A DNA stretch of 64,000 nt from NCBI RefSeq assembly GCF_964194025.1, contig NC_134478.1:34038001-34102000 (forward strand), in the 5' to 3' direction. Made by a program: the position numbers and the translations under genes. How positions within the stretch are numbered: position 1 is the first letter of the stretch; each line of letters starts with the position of its first letter. The notes beneath the pieces are model-generated. The model had not been told where the DNA came from and made no database searches. It worked only from the letters and a program-made list of their open reading frames with translations. The stretch is from Convolutriloba macropyga. Lineage: Eukaryota. Shown here piece after piece: positions 39,051-52,858 of this stretch.

Positions 39051-42000
39051 TTGTTTTTGAACATATTTTTGTAATAGGTGTTTTTAAAGGCAAAAAATTT
39101 TTTGCTCAGGTTTAAAATCTTCAAGAGTTTTAGCAATGAGTTTGTTTTTGTTTAGTTTTGATTCTTTTAGTTTCTCAATTCTTTGGTGATTTTTGTGTTC
39201 TGGCTGGCATTGTTCAATTGATCTGCTGTTCAGGTAGAGTGCGTCAGAGTTTTTCATTCAATTCTTTGAATTGTATTTCAGGACTTGTCCTGCTATGTTT
39301 TTTTTATTATTGTCTTGTCACTCGCTGATTTTTATAAGGTCTTCGTTTTTATAATTAGGCATAATTCCAAATAATTCAGTTTTTTTGCGATTTCAAATTT
39401 TGATTGTTTTGACAGCATTTTTGGCAGTTTTACAAATTTGAGCCTCATTCGTTTCTGAAAACTGGTATGTGTTTTAATTTGGTGATTTGCTCAATTGGGG
39501 TACTGGTTTTTACGCAGTTACGTCTTTCATTTATTTTGATGCTTCTTGCTTTTAAAGACATTAGTGACATTTGTTTTGAAGATTATATTGATAATCTCAT
39601 TTTTTCAAACTTCATTTTTGTCCTTTTACTTTGTCCTTTGTCTTCATTGGTTTTTATAATTTGTTGTGTATTTTCTAGAGACCCGTAAAGTGAATGGAAT
39701 GTACAATGAAGGACCCGTGATTTTTGATTCACGGTAGCGGTCAGTGGCTTTCTGAAAAAAGCGCATTTATTTAGATTTATTTTCGTTTTTCTTTGCGTAA
39801 ATTGAGGTTTATGCTTCCTCGGCTATCAAAAGCTGTTGCTGTTATTTCCCTGGGCTAAAATTTCTTAATATCTTTTGATTATAAATCAGTCCTCTCCAAT
39901 AAGTTTCATTAATGACAGGTGCAGCTGGCTTTCCATGGAGGCGTGAAAGAAGTTAATCACTTTTCAGTCGATAGAAATTGTTTTTCGATTTCATTCGTTT
40001 TTAAGCAATTTTAACTTGTTGTTTTCCTATGAAAAATCTTTGGTTAATTACTTTAAACTTTAGTTAATGTTTTTAAAACTCTTACGCTTTGTTCAAAAAA
40101 ATCTCATGTGATGTTTGTTTTGCTCTTACTAGCTTTTTGGTTTCTCTCTTGATCTCAATAACAACAGGTCCCATCGTTTAATATTCACTGATTGTTTTCA
40201 AAACTGTCGTTAACAGGCATATGAATATGTACTAAATGACTAAGAACTTTAAAAAGTAGTTGAAAAAATGTAATTAAAAAGTAGTTATTATGCAAATACA
40301 TGAATAGAAGTGTCTTTAAGAAACCAACATTTACTGCCATTGGATTTTTCTATTGTGGCAAAGGATAGAGGAGATTGGTTACAGAAAAGATTTTGCAGAA
40401 CAAACAGATGAAATGAGAAATTTTGGAATATTGATTGAGAAAATAATTTGAATTGGAAGAGTTAGCAAAATTTTCTAGACTTAGCTACAGTTCAAACAAA
40501 AATTACCGTATTCGTTGATTGGACAAAGTTTTTTGAAGAAAATTGTAAAATTTGGAGCGAATTTTTTCAAAAAATCTTTACAGTTTACAGTTGTTACAGA
40601 CGATTAAAAATAATGGTTAATGCAAGTCTCTTTGTAAGGCAAGAAAAAGTCTCTTTCTTGATAGAAACTTGATACAAACTCTGACAAAAATTTCGAATTT
40701 TTGCCGAAAACGGTAAAAAGGAATACAAAAATAAAATAGACTAAAACTAATGAAGTAAGACTAAAAACCTAGGATTTGTGCATTGACAATAGTGTTCAAG
40801 AAGACCAATGTTTCTTTGTGTTCCTGACAAAGTTTGGCGGTAATTCAAAAAGCCTGTAATAACGCTGTGATACAAACAGGGTAGCAAAAACAGTTGTGTA
40901 AGTACAGATAAACTAAATATATATATATATATATATTTTTGCCAAAAATAAGCAGAAAATCATTAGACGTTATTGTTACGCACTGATTTTTATAGTGTTC
41001 CTCGTGGTGTTATTGAGGTTTATATTAGGAGTAATTAACTCGGATAATTGGCATTTTACAAGGACTTATTTGGTGTTTCACAGTGCGGTTTTTAGCAGAT
41101 ATATTTTGAATAAAATTAGCTAGTAATAGCCTTTTATTGAGCGGTTCAGATGCGTGATATATCCACTAGTTTGCCTTGCATTTTAGTGTTAAGTTAGTCG
41201 CTATTTCTTCTGTAACTTAGTTTATCAAACTTGGAGGTTTTTCAAGAGAATTTCCAGTTCAATCTTTAATTATTTTAGCAAGAATTGTTTAATAATTTTA
41301 ACAAGAAGTTTCTCAAGTTTTATCCAGTTTTTATGAGATGTTAGGCAACTGATTGTCAGGCTGGCTCTCCGGTGTTCTCCTGATAGTGGGTTCCGAAGGA
41401 CTGTGCCTTCAGTTGTATTGGTCCTTCGCAAATATTTACTGATTTACAAGTTGGGCAATTTCCGGCTTTTGTACGTCTCTTGGTGTTTGTTCAGTACATA
41501 TACAATTCCGTATTAGCACCTACTTCATCAGAATAATTACTTCACCAAGTACATAATCTCTCATGAAGTTATTTACTGATTATGTGAATTTATCATCAAG
41601 AAACTCAAAAAAGTAAATATTGAGGCTTTTAGGCACTTGAAGTGTTTGCTAGTAAAACTGTCAATCTGCGGTTGTTTTTCATAAACATAAACAAATTAGG
41701 GGTTACAGGCCTAGATGGAAATACTGGCTATATATGGCCTTGAAACTAACTGAATATGAACTAAATTATAGCACTTATTTATGGATATTTAAAGGAAAAT
41801 CATCACGTAACTATAAGGAACGAAATAGGGGCGTGACACTACCCGACTTTATGAAAATTTTCCATGAAAATTTTGAGAATGAACTGGGTTTTTACAATTT
41901 TTTCTATAAAACATATAATCTGCACAAGTATAAGGTTATACACATATTTTTGTTGGAGCCACCCAATTTATGTTTTCTTAGAAAAGAGTTTGGAACGAAA

Positions 42001-42404
42001 GCATTTAAGTTAAAGCCAATGAAAGAAGATAAGAGAAATAAAGTTTAAGTTAGGACAAGGTTAAAATAAAGAGGGTTAAGACACAATTAAGGGTTTTGAA
42101 GGAACAGTAAGGATGTCAAAATGCGCTAATGTTGAGGAAATAGTGAGAATAGAAGGTAGAGTTAGGGTTTAGAGAACACATTAAGATTAGCACTGAAATT
42201 TATCATGGTTATTTCACTGAATAATAGCTCTAAACTTTGAAAACATTTGAACTGGCTGAATAAGTGGTTAACAGCTCTGGTTAATTTCTAGGGTTGGAGT
42301 ACTGATTTATTGGTTTAAATCACTTATGATTAGAACTTAATGAATGAAGGGATACTGAATCATTTAAAGGGTTAATACTTGAACTATTTAAGACTTTCAT
42401 GAAC

Positions 42405-44704
42405 TTAAAGAATACTTTCATCTCGGGGTTGAGCTTGATGGTCCAGATCATCGTCTGTGTTGAACCGGTCCATGGTGTTGAGTGACATGGTAGAAGTTGC
42501 AGGCATGGAATTTCGCCGTTGTCGCTTGAGGGTTCCAAGTTCTTCTGGGGAAATGACTGTTGGTGGTTGCTTGAGTTGTTTGGCTAGAGTTGTGACTACA
42601 TATGCTTTCAGATGTTTGGGTACGGAAACTACTGGGTTTAGCGGTACATTGGTTCCGTTAAGCTTCATGAAATTTGGTACCATTCGTCGTACAAAAGCTA
42701 CTTTATGGTATAAGAACATGAAGAGAATATGTAGGGCTAGATTTCCGATAAAGACAATGATTGTTAACGAGAGAGAAAGTTTGATCGGAACGTAAGATTC
42801 AAGTTTGTCAATTAGTGCCGGTTTAAATGACTTCATTTCGGTGGTAATTGGCTTTGCTATAGCATCTAGTGACTCTGTTGATAACTTTCTATTCGAGTAA
42901 ATAAATTCGGTTTTAACTTTCTTCAATAAATCGAGGTTTGCTTCAGTACAGGAATCATATTTCGGAAGGTCGTTTATGTTAGGTACTGAGTCAATTAAGT
43001 GCGCAAGTGGATCTGGTAATTTTACATTAATTCTCGTTGCTGGAAGGTACTGACAACTTTGTAAATCAGCTCGAATTTTAATGTGGTCACTGAACATTGT
43101 ATGTCCACATTTTAATGTGATTAAACAGATGTTACAACCTTTATGAGGAACATTGATGTGTCGGCCATTTTCATCCGTACCAATCTCCCTAAGGGTATAA
43201 TCACTTGAAGCTGATGTTAGAAGCCAAATTCCGTATCCAAGGTTCTGTGCTCGTTCTGGGTTGGGTAACACAACCTTCTCTGTATCACATACTTTCAATG
43301 CTGAGATTGTGTGGTGAAACTTGAGGGTTGCTAGACACGAGGAGAATCCAAGGTGAGTTTCCATTGTCTCATGACAGATTCGGTATCGTGGCGATCCAAG
43401 ACAGTTGTCATACTGAGCTTTCGTCAGTACTGTAGTTTCCATCTGTCCTTCTGAGATTGCTAAGTATTCTCCCTCTATTACATATCTTAAGGCGTCTATG
43501 GAGTCCTTCTGAGGCATAGGGATTACTATTGCACGATAAACTTCAAACACTGTCTGGCTAGAGGCTAGGGGAATGGCTAGTGTCAGTAAAAGTCCATCTT
43601 CAACTGTCGAAATCTCTTGTACTAATTTCGCATCGTAGTACGAAAGTATATCAGTCATGGGTATTGCCAAAGTTAGACGATCTGGGGCGTTCTTTTGGCT
43701 ATCATGGACTGCATCAAGGATCTTTATCAAAGATTTACGAGGTACTAAAGAGATTGGAAGACGTTTGTCAAGTAATGTAGGAATGGCATTTAGAACATTA
43801 ATTCGAAAGGAATATAAGGCTGCTCTATAACTTTTGATATCTGCATGATTGATTTAGTAAGAATTAATGATGCTGCTGTGTCAAAGTTAAAGTTCAATTG
43901 TTGTTGTGATAATTGTATTTCCATACAGGAGGCTAGTGCATTCAGATTATGATCTATAATTGCAAACTGTTCCTCTACTAGTTTCCAGTTTCTGTTCTGG
44001 TTTTCTTGCATTTCGTTTTGAACTTTGTAAACTTTTGCAAGTTCGTCAGCAACTAGGAAAAATTTCTCGTCGGTTTGTGCTCCGATTTCCATGACATAGT
44101 CGTTGAGGCTATTGAAACTGTTAGCTAAGCGATCGATATTTTCAGCGTTTTGAGACGTTCTCTGACAAGATCCGAAAATTCCTGTGATTCCACCGCATCC
44201 TCCGCTGCTCATTGCTATTCCTGGACCGAAAAGTCCAATTCCAGCGACTGCGGCTGCGATTGCAAGCGGGGCGGCTCGTTTTTGTCGATTGTGAGGGTCT
44301 TCTTCGACTCTGGTAAGGAGTTTTTCAGTGTCGTTGCGTAATTTAAGGACTTCAATTTCGGCTTCTATTGTTTCATTGAGTATCTTTGTGTAAAGCCAAT
44401 CAACATTGAAGGCGTCTGTTCGATTCCGATATGTAGTGCTGTATGTCAGGTCGCAAAACTCTGATTGCGTGATCCACTTTTTGGAGAGTTCATTAAGTAG
44501 AGTCTCTACTTGTTGTCTGATCGTGAAATTATAACGAGGAAACGGTACTAAAAAGTCCACGTTAATGAACTTTTCGGTAATTAGGATCTTTCCGTCCTTA
44601 TGGAAGATGATTCCTTTATCCAGAGCTGCTTCTGTGTTAATCGGATTCTCAAAAGTGGGGCCGAAAAGTACGAGATTCAATAGAAATGTAAGTAATATTT
44701 TCGT
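42405..44704 (-). pseudogene. env: F-type (class I fusion) envelope glycoprotein, one frameshift near 43850
   Basis: Signal peptide (ACG)KILLTFLLNLVLFG; furin site RQKR followed by fusion peptide AAPLAIAAAVAGIGLFG; heptad region; Cys-rich ectodomain; C-terminal TM LSLSLTIIVFIGNLALHILFMFLY and cytoplasmic tail. Confidence 0.85.
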
Positions 44705-44957
44705 GTTTCAATAATACCAACTATGTTTCAGGACAATCTTCTACTGATGTTGCTCTTCTAAGTGTTTCAACTGGTTCTATTTGGTCTTCCGGTGTTTATT
44801 TGTTCATTTATGTACGTTACTCGGGCTTTTAGTTCTAACTTTCTCAATATGGCACTTGTTTATGTGATGTTTATTCATTTCAGGTGTACTCTACTTTTGG
44901 GTCATGTGTGTTGATGTGTGTATTTATTGATATTACTACTAAATATGGTGTTTAAAC

Positions 44958-45398
44958 ATGTTGAAGTGTGGTTATCTGGTTGAATGGTGGGTGTGTGATA
45001 ATGGGGATAGTGGTTGGGGGGGGGGGTCGAATTATGCAGTCTTTACATGTTTTTTCGAGTTTTTCAGATTATTTTGCCCACAATATTGCACCATGTGCTT
45101 TAATATCACTGTTTCTTCGCTAATTATTGGATGTTGCACAAATGGGACCAGGTTTGTCGGAAGGAACGATGTTCACTGGTCGAGACTGATCCATCCGAAA
45201 TGCAATATGACAGCGGTAGATAATGTAGTTATTGACAGTGGGAGTGGTGGTGGGACTGAGTGGTGGATTATTATTATATTAGTGTTCTTTTTATTATTAT
45301 CATTAGTATCTGGATTGTTGGGAGTGTGGGCAAATCGAAGGAGGAGGAGGAGTGAAGTGGGAAGATCAGAGGAGGCTGTCGAAGAAGATTCAGTGTGA
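44958..45398 (+). CDS. Small putative membrane protein, antisense to the Gypsy genes
   Basis: Hydrophobic stretch WWIIIILVFFLLLSLVSGLLGVW followed by RRRRR stop-transfer; start uncertain. Confidence 0.45.
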   Translation: MLKCGYLVEWWVCDNGDSGWGGGSNYAVFTCFFEFFRLFCPQYCTMCFNITVSSLIIGCCTNGTRFVGRNDVHWSRLIHPKCNMTAVDNVVIDSGSGGGTEWWIIIILVFFLLLSLVSGLLGVWANRRRRRSEVGRSEEAVEEDSV

Positions 45399-45537
45399 CT
45401 TATTATTTATTTTTATTTTATTTAACTATATTAATAGTTGTAATATTATGTAATATTAATATTAATATAACTGTGTTGCCCAGTATGAGAATTTTCTGAC
45501 TTTCTTGCGAAGCAAGTCGTTGTCTCAGTCTGAATGG

Positions 45538-46287
45538 ATGTATCCATCATTTGTTCGAACATCTGAGGAGCGACGAGCTTATCGAGACAAAGCGGAGCAT
45601 ATGGTACTGGGAACAAAGAATGTGGGGACTTCAGAGTTGGCTGTAAATCGGGAGGTGTTGATGTATAATGTGGAAGTGAAGGTGGGCAGCGAGATACAAG
45701 TTCAGGAGAAGGAAATTCCAACTCAGCAGATGGTGTCTCAGGAGTTGGCTTCGCTTCATGTCGGGTTCAGTGCCTCTGCAAAGCACATAACTCGTGTGAG
45801 GTCACAAGTCGATCGCCTGAAAGCTGCTGGGTTCTTCTTTCCACGTTCAATGGGGGGATTGCAAGCCGCTGTTGAAAGGTAATTGCATATGTTTATAATA
45901 TTTATTTATATTTTTATTTGGTTTTCTTTAGTTTGTTACATGTATTAGTAGTTGTGAAGTGGTGTATGCTTATTGTTTAGAGCTAGTCGTGAATGTGTGC
46001 CATGTTTCGTGAAGAAGATGCACGGCAAAGAGGTGCAGTGCACTTTTTTCCGTGCAAATCTTCGTGCAAACTTGTGTGCAGAATTGGGGTACGAGTTTTA
46101 CAATGACTTTTATGCTGAGTATGTGGACATAGTGTCATTTAAAACTCCAAAGTTGCTTGGTGCGGCTGGTGTGAGGGCCGAAGTTGGTGGTCTGTGTGCT
46201 CTCAGTGCTCTGTACTACACTTTAACTGGTCGGAAGTCAGGAATTTGTTGTGTTTTGTTGCAATTTTCAGTAAGTTTATTACTGTAA
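45538..46287 (+). CDS. Spliced antisense ORF (exons 45538-45878 and 45981-46287), unknown function
   Basis: GTAATT...TTTAG intron 45879-45980 joins two track ORFs in frame; CVPC-x5-H-x5-C motif; further GTAAGT..TTACAG candidate intron at 46270-46311. Confidence 0.5.
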
Positions 46288-46563
46288 TTCACATTTGTTC
46301 GGTGTGTTACAGACAAGAAGGTTTCCAAGCATAATGTTCGCGCTCTACGCTTGGCTATTGTGGCCAGGATGCGTTCGCCTGGGTTCTCTGAACTTGTAAA
46401 GGACCAGTTAGGGTACTTTGTGTCGGAGTATGAGATTGCTGAGAGTGAAGATAATGGGTCGTTGGCCGAGTTCTGGGTAAAGTTTCCTGTTTATACTTGG
46501 TAATCCTGGTACGTGCATTTGTAGGTAGATATTATCTGAGGTTTTGCTATTTAGTTTGTCGGT

Positions 46564-46953
46564 ATGGCTTATTTCCTCGGATGCAACGTCAACATCTATT
46601 GGCAGTATACTGAGGAAATGGGGGGCGGCTGGGTGTGTTACAGGCATTCGATCAATGCTAAAGCCACCGCTCCTGCTGTACTGATCCAGTGCATCGGGAA
46701 ATTCATCGACAATGAGTATCGATACCATTGTGAGCCAATCGTAGACTTTCCAAAGTGAGTATTTAACTGTTTTTGTAAAGATCTATCGTGTTTTTCATAT
46801 AATTTTGAGGCTTTTTGTTCATTATAATGACATTTAAACAGGTTGGACGATGCTGAGCGGTACTTGACTCGTTCTACTAGGACAAGGGGTCAGTCCGGTC
46901 AGTGTACTAGTGGTGGTGGTACCGTAGCTGAGGATAGCGCCGATGAGAATTGA
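46564..46953 (+). CDS. Spliced antisense ORF (exons 46564-46754 and 46842-46953), unknown function
   Basis: GTGAGT...AAACAG intron 46755-46841 removes the stop and extends the frame (..DFPK-LDDAERYL..DEN*). Confidence 0.5.
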
Positions 46954-47683
46954 CTAGTGTCGGTGCAATTATATTCATCATGTAGTTTAATTTCATCTAT
47001 AGGTGAGTTTTTACTTTTTATTTGTCAATTGTAGCTTTGACAATTGGTTTTGACTGTTGGTACGAGCAGCTGTGAAGTGTGTGAGCATGTGGTAATATTT
47101 TAATTACAGTGTGTGACTTTATAATGACATATTTATGAAAGTGAAATTCTGGTGACATAACGAATTTTTTTTGATTTTCTGCTGTACTGATCCAGTGCAT
47201 CGGGAAATTCATCGACAATGAGTATCGATACCATTGTGAGCCAATCGTAGACTTTCCAAAGTGAGTATTTAACTGTTTTTGTAAAGATCTATCGTGTTTT
47301 TCATATAATTTTGAGGCTTTTTGTTCATTATAATGACATTTAAACAGGTTGGACGATGCTGAGCGGTACGTGACTCGTTCTACTAGGACAAGGGGTCAGT
47401 CCGGTCAGTGTACTAGTGGTGGTGGTACCGTAGCTGAGGATAGCGCCGATGAGAATTGACTAGTGTCGGTGCAATTATATTCATCATATAGTTTAATTTC
47501 ATCTATAGGTGAGTTTTTACTTATTATTTGTCAATTGTAGCTTTGATAATTGGTTTTGACTGTTGGTACGAGCAGCTGTGAAGTGTGTGAGCATGTGGTA
47601 ATATTTTAATTACAGTGTGTGACTTTATAATGACATATTTATGAAAGTGAAATTCTGGTGACATAACGAATTTTTTTGATTTT
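46673..47683. repeat. ~507-bp tandem duplication
   Basis: CTGCTGTACTGATCCAG... at 46673 recurs at ~47179. Confidence 0.88.
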
Positions 47684-50594
47684 TGAGCATTAACTTTAAT
47701 TTACTTGTAAATTATTGATCATGGACTGGTTCTAATGGTTCTAGATGCTTATTCTGGTTGTTAGCAGCACTTGTGTGTAATTGGAACTGGTTTAGAAGAG
47801 TATTTGGTACTAATTTTCACATGTAATTTTTTCGTAATTTTGGCCATTTTTCCGCATCAGGGCTGGTGTTGCATATATGTGAATTTTTCAATTTTTATTA
47901 AATTTTGTGCAAATTTTTTTGCTTAGCCCACTCAGTAGACATTGGTGGGGAATAACTATGCTATAAATTCAGGTTTTTCGGCACTTTTTGGTTAACTTTT
48001 TCACTAATGTATGAAAAACCGAAAAATGCGAAAAATTGAGGGCTCCAGTGTCACTCAATTTTTAAATTGCTCCAATTGGGCTCAAAATTGGTAGGTCGCT
48101 TCAGGGGCTCAAAAAACGCTGCAGCGCAAAAATTTGGCGCAATTTGAGCATTTTTCGCAAAGATATGATTGTTTTCGTGATCTGAACCTGGCTATTTTTG
48201 AATCATGAATTTTCGGTCTGAATAAGTCGTCACTGCTCATACATTATCGGTATTGAATGGTTAAAATGGTACTGTCTGTGCTTGGTACTAATGTATATTA
48301 TAGTGAATTATAGGGTTTGAAGCTATTTATTGGGTCAGAACATTGATTTTTGCGTCCAAAATGCTAATTTTCAGGCATGATTTTTCCACTAATTGAGCTT
48401 CGTCGAGACATGTGTCAGTCTGGTGTTTCTCTAGTGGCCTAAGTCAGGTGCTAACTGTTAGTACCGATATCTGTGGCTATCAGGGGTAGCTTTTTGGTAG
48501 GTTTGAAGTTGAATAATATGTGTTTTGTGCCGGTTTTTCTGTGAAATTTACTAGATTTTTACTTGTGAAGCATCATGTTTTGTGCATAAGTTGACATAGA
48601 TTGGAGATAATTGATTTTTGACAGTAATTGTGAGTCATACTAGTGAGTACTATGTTGGTAGCAACTATTGGTGCAGTTTGGTGCATGATTTGACTTTTTT
48701 ATGTGGAGTTTTTCACTTTAGAATTTTGGGCTAAATTTGATCAGATATGTGCAATTTTCGATTTTTTCACTTTTTTCAACTTTTATGATTTTCTATGAGA
48801 TTGTATGGGTTTATTGGGCTTTGACAACTACTAGGGAGACTGAATATTGGATATGGGCTCATAATTCGGCTATTTGATACTATTTTTCTGGTATAAATCT
48901 GGCTCTAGTTTGGCAAATTTGAGAAGAGTTTGGTAGGCTTCAGTTTTTTTCTATTATATCAACATTTTACTTAACAATTTTCAATATTTTTGATATGGGC
49001 GTGTAGAGCTTGAGCATGCGGATGTTTTAAGCTAATATCGGATTTTCGATCAATATTTCGGATTTTATGAACATGTTCGTAAATTTTCAAAAAGTCTCCA
49101 AAATTGAGGGGCCCAGCGTCACTCAATTTTTAAAATGCTTCGATTGAGCTGAAAATTGGTGAATCGCTTTATCGGCTCAAAAAACCCTGCAGCGCAAAAA
49201 TTTGGGCAGTTTCAACTATTTTTTCACGAGTTATAACGTTTTTGCTGCAGTGAACCTGGGTTTTTTGAAAAGGCTCAGATAGGGGATAGGTTATTGGCTA
49301 TGAGGCTATGAAAAACTCGTTCAGAATGATTGATATTGCTATGGTTGGACTGCTCATGAGTAGGGCTAACTGAATTCACAATAAAATTGGGCATATTCAG
49401 GTATTAAGATGCATTTTGGATCACTTTTTCTGGTAATTTCACTTAAATTTTTGTGATTTTCATTATTTTGGAAGTGTTTTCTCAGCTTGTATTGGCACTA
49501 GGGGGCTGGGAGTGCATATTCTGAGAGCTATAGATGTGGGCGTGCTGATGGTATGGTTAATTGCTGTCAGAAGTGAATAATGTTGACTCTAGCTGGAAAT
49601 AACTGAATTTTACCTGACAAAATTGTGGCGATTTCAGAGCTTATTTGGTTTTAAGTCTTCATGGTTGATACTGGAATGAACTGGGACTGGTTTTTATGGT
49701 ACTGCGAGGCTAGTGGGGGGTTGCAATAGGGTTGTAGGGGGTATAGGTGGCTTCAATCGGGTCATGTGGGAAATAAAATGACAAAATTTTTGAAGCGGAG
49801 GATTGAAGCAGAAGCGCGATTTTCGTTTTTTCATTTTTCAACATATACTTAGAAATATTGGGTTTTAACGGTTGTTTGAGGTTGTACCATGTGGGTGGCA
49901 GCTGGGAGTAGCTGCTGGAGGCATTTGGGTCAGTTGGGGGTATAATTTACACTACATTTTAATCAATTTTAGCACACTTTGATAGGGTTCGGTATTTTTG
50001 TCATAACTCAACTTTTATTGATTTTTGACGGGATTTTTGGGTACTGAGATGTCAAGCGCGAGCAGTAGGGTGATCTAGGGCTATAAAATGGGTCAATTGG
50101 AGGTTTTTTGTGGGAGTTATCATTGAATTCGAGCGGATTCGAAAAGTGTCAAAAATTGAGGGCTCCAGCGTCACTCAATTTTTAAAGTTCTCCAAATCCC
50201 TTCAAAATTTGCACGTCGGTTCCTCGGCTTGAAAAATGCTGCAGCGCAAAAGTTTGGGGTGATCGGGGCATTTTTCACAATTTTATGACTATTTTTCTGA
50301 AGTGAACCTAGGATTTTCGGAAGGGTCAATTTTAGGCTAATTTTTTGGTACTTAGAATGGGTCGAATGGGTCAATAATAGCTGGAATCGCTTCTACTGGA
50401 TAAGGGCTTTTCAGAACAATAGGTTACTCCAGGTTCAGACAAGTAGTTCTGGAGATATAACAAAATAACTAGGATTTGAGGTCAAAATTTTTCGAATTTT
50501 TTCGATTTTTGGACTTTAGGGTTAAGTTGCTCAGGCTTGTTGGGCTTTTGGGGCAAATGAAGGGTGCTGCTAGACTGTACTGGGTCTGTACATG

Positions 50595-52858
50595 CTAATG
50601 GATATAGATGGTTATGGGTAGAGGGTCGAAGACTTGACATATAAGCTCAAAAATGATGTTAAAATCCAATTTATCATAGCCACTGGCGAGTTTTGGAAGA
50701 CTTAAGTGTGAAATTCCTGCATCTATTACTATTTCTCTCAGTTCATAGAGACTTGCTAATACGGATTCGTATGTGGGTTTGTGGTAGTATCTAAACTTGG
50801 TAACTAAACTGAAGATATAACGTTCAGAAATGGGGTCGAAGTAAATTAAAACTGAGCCAATATCAGGTGGATATCTAAGTCTAATTGCACTTGGGGCTGC
50901 TGGGTACCAGCTTTTGACTTGTCGGGCTAATCCCTTTGCCATTGCAAGGTCTGCTGATACACAGTGTGCAAAAGAGTATGGTGAATATAAGATATCTGTT
51001 GGAGAACTTAGATATGTTGCATTTATTTCTTGACTAAAATGGTTTAAAGTTTGATTAGATGAGCCTGGTGAAGATTTTTTCGATTGAGATCTAGTTACTG
51101 GTTTGTTTGCTGAACTGATTGGCTTTTTCCCTGAATATTTTGCTATACTTGCTCTAACTTGATCTAGTTTTGTCTCTCTACTTGGTGTATTTGACTGTTG
51201 TGCTGCTTGTGCTGATGCTTTTATTGCTTCACGTTTTTCTTCTTGTTCCAGTCTGGCACGTGCGTTTTTTGGTCTAGGACTGCCTGATCTTCTAACTTGG
51301 TTGGTTAGGTAAGGGTTTGTTCTATCTTCATCGTGTAACCATATTTGTCTAGTTATTTTAAATCCTTGGACATTTTTCTTCTGTTGGTATTTTGGTGATT
51401 TGAAAGCACTTTTTTCTGGTTGTCGTTTAGGGTGATAAGGTCGGGCTCTTAATTTTCTATCAGTTAACGCAAATTGTTCTTCATGTGTTTCTGGAGGCGA
51501 GTCACTATCGAATGGTTCTATTGACGGGCGAGGCTGTTGAGCTGGTAGGAACATTTCATCATCTGATGAAGATGATACAAGAGGAACACGAACTTCTGGT
51601 TCTTGATGTCTAATTTCGTCAGCAATTAACGGATTAACTGGTATTCGGGCAATTTGTTCTGCATCCAGATTTAGGTCAGCTAAATTTTTGTCTGAACTAC
51701 TATTTTTGTCAAAAAGATTTGGAATTGCTTCATCTGAACTTGAGGAGTCAAATACTGGAAGATGAACTGGGGCAGTTCGCGGTCTAACTGCTGGTGCTAC
51801 TACCCTCGGTGGGGCTGCTGGAGGTGCTGCTACTGCTGGTCCTGCTAATGGTCCACATAGGGGAACATTTATGGTCACTCTGACTGGATCTTGTTTCTCT
51901 TTTGTAGCTTGTTTTATTTCCTTTTCTTGTTCATTTATCAGATCTGGAATGTGTTTATCAAAAAGCTCTGGCTCCATGTGTTGTCTTCTAGATGGATCAG
52001 GTTGAAAGTTTGCCGGGTTGATAACTTCGAGATCTTCAGGAGTTTCACTTGGATTAATTGGCTTCAATCTGATGCGATGAACACATTGGGTGTAGTTCGT
52101 ATTTACTTTTCGAATGATGTAATTAGAATCAGTAAGGACTTTTTCCACTTTATATAGCGGTAGCCATTTCTGAACTTGGGAAGCTATTACTGTTGATTGT
52201 TCTAATAGCTTAGGGTTTAAAAGTAAACAGAATGATTTTTCTGGAATTGGTTTTGCTGATGCTTTTTGATCATAATACTTCTTGTACTTCAAGTATGCGG
52301 TCGTCAGTTTTTCTTTGTTTTCTCCAAACTTTTGCATCATGGCGTCTTGCAGTTCATTTACAAAGTCAGAGTTTACTGCTACTGCATCCATTACTTTTCT
52401 GGAGAACCTAATGTCGAGGGGTTTTATGGGTTCTCTGCCATGGAATAAAGTTGAAGGACAACAATTTGTCGCTGAATGGTATGACGTATTATGAATAAAA
52501 GTTGTAAAGAGGAACATATTTGTGCCAGTCTTTCCATTGTTCCTCAGTATTGAGTTTTAAAATTCGTTTCAGTGGTCCGTGAGATCGTTCTACTGCTCCA
52601 ATAGTTTGAGGGTGCTTTAGTGAGGCATGTTTTAACTTTACTTCTAATAAACTTGCTAATTCTGACATTAATTCAGAAGTAAAATTGGTTCCTAAGTCAC
52701 TAAGTATTGTTTGAGGAATGTAGCTATGTTGGAAGAACACCTTTACTAATTCTCTAGCTACTGTATCAGCATATCCATTTGTTAATGGAACTGCGAATAG
52801 GTACTTTGTGAAAACATCTATTCCACTCAGAACATACTTATATTGTGATGACTTTAGG
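50595..52858 (-). pseudogene. Duplicated integrase C-terminal half, linker and TARG1-like macrodomain
   Basis: Copy of 55972-58234. Confidence 0.88.

Noticed and set aside
39050-42400. 3' LTR and polypurine tract of the Gypsy element
   Set aside because: No TG..CA repeat pair or convincing PPT found; the partner LTR would be outside the window.
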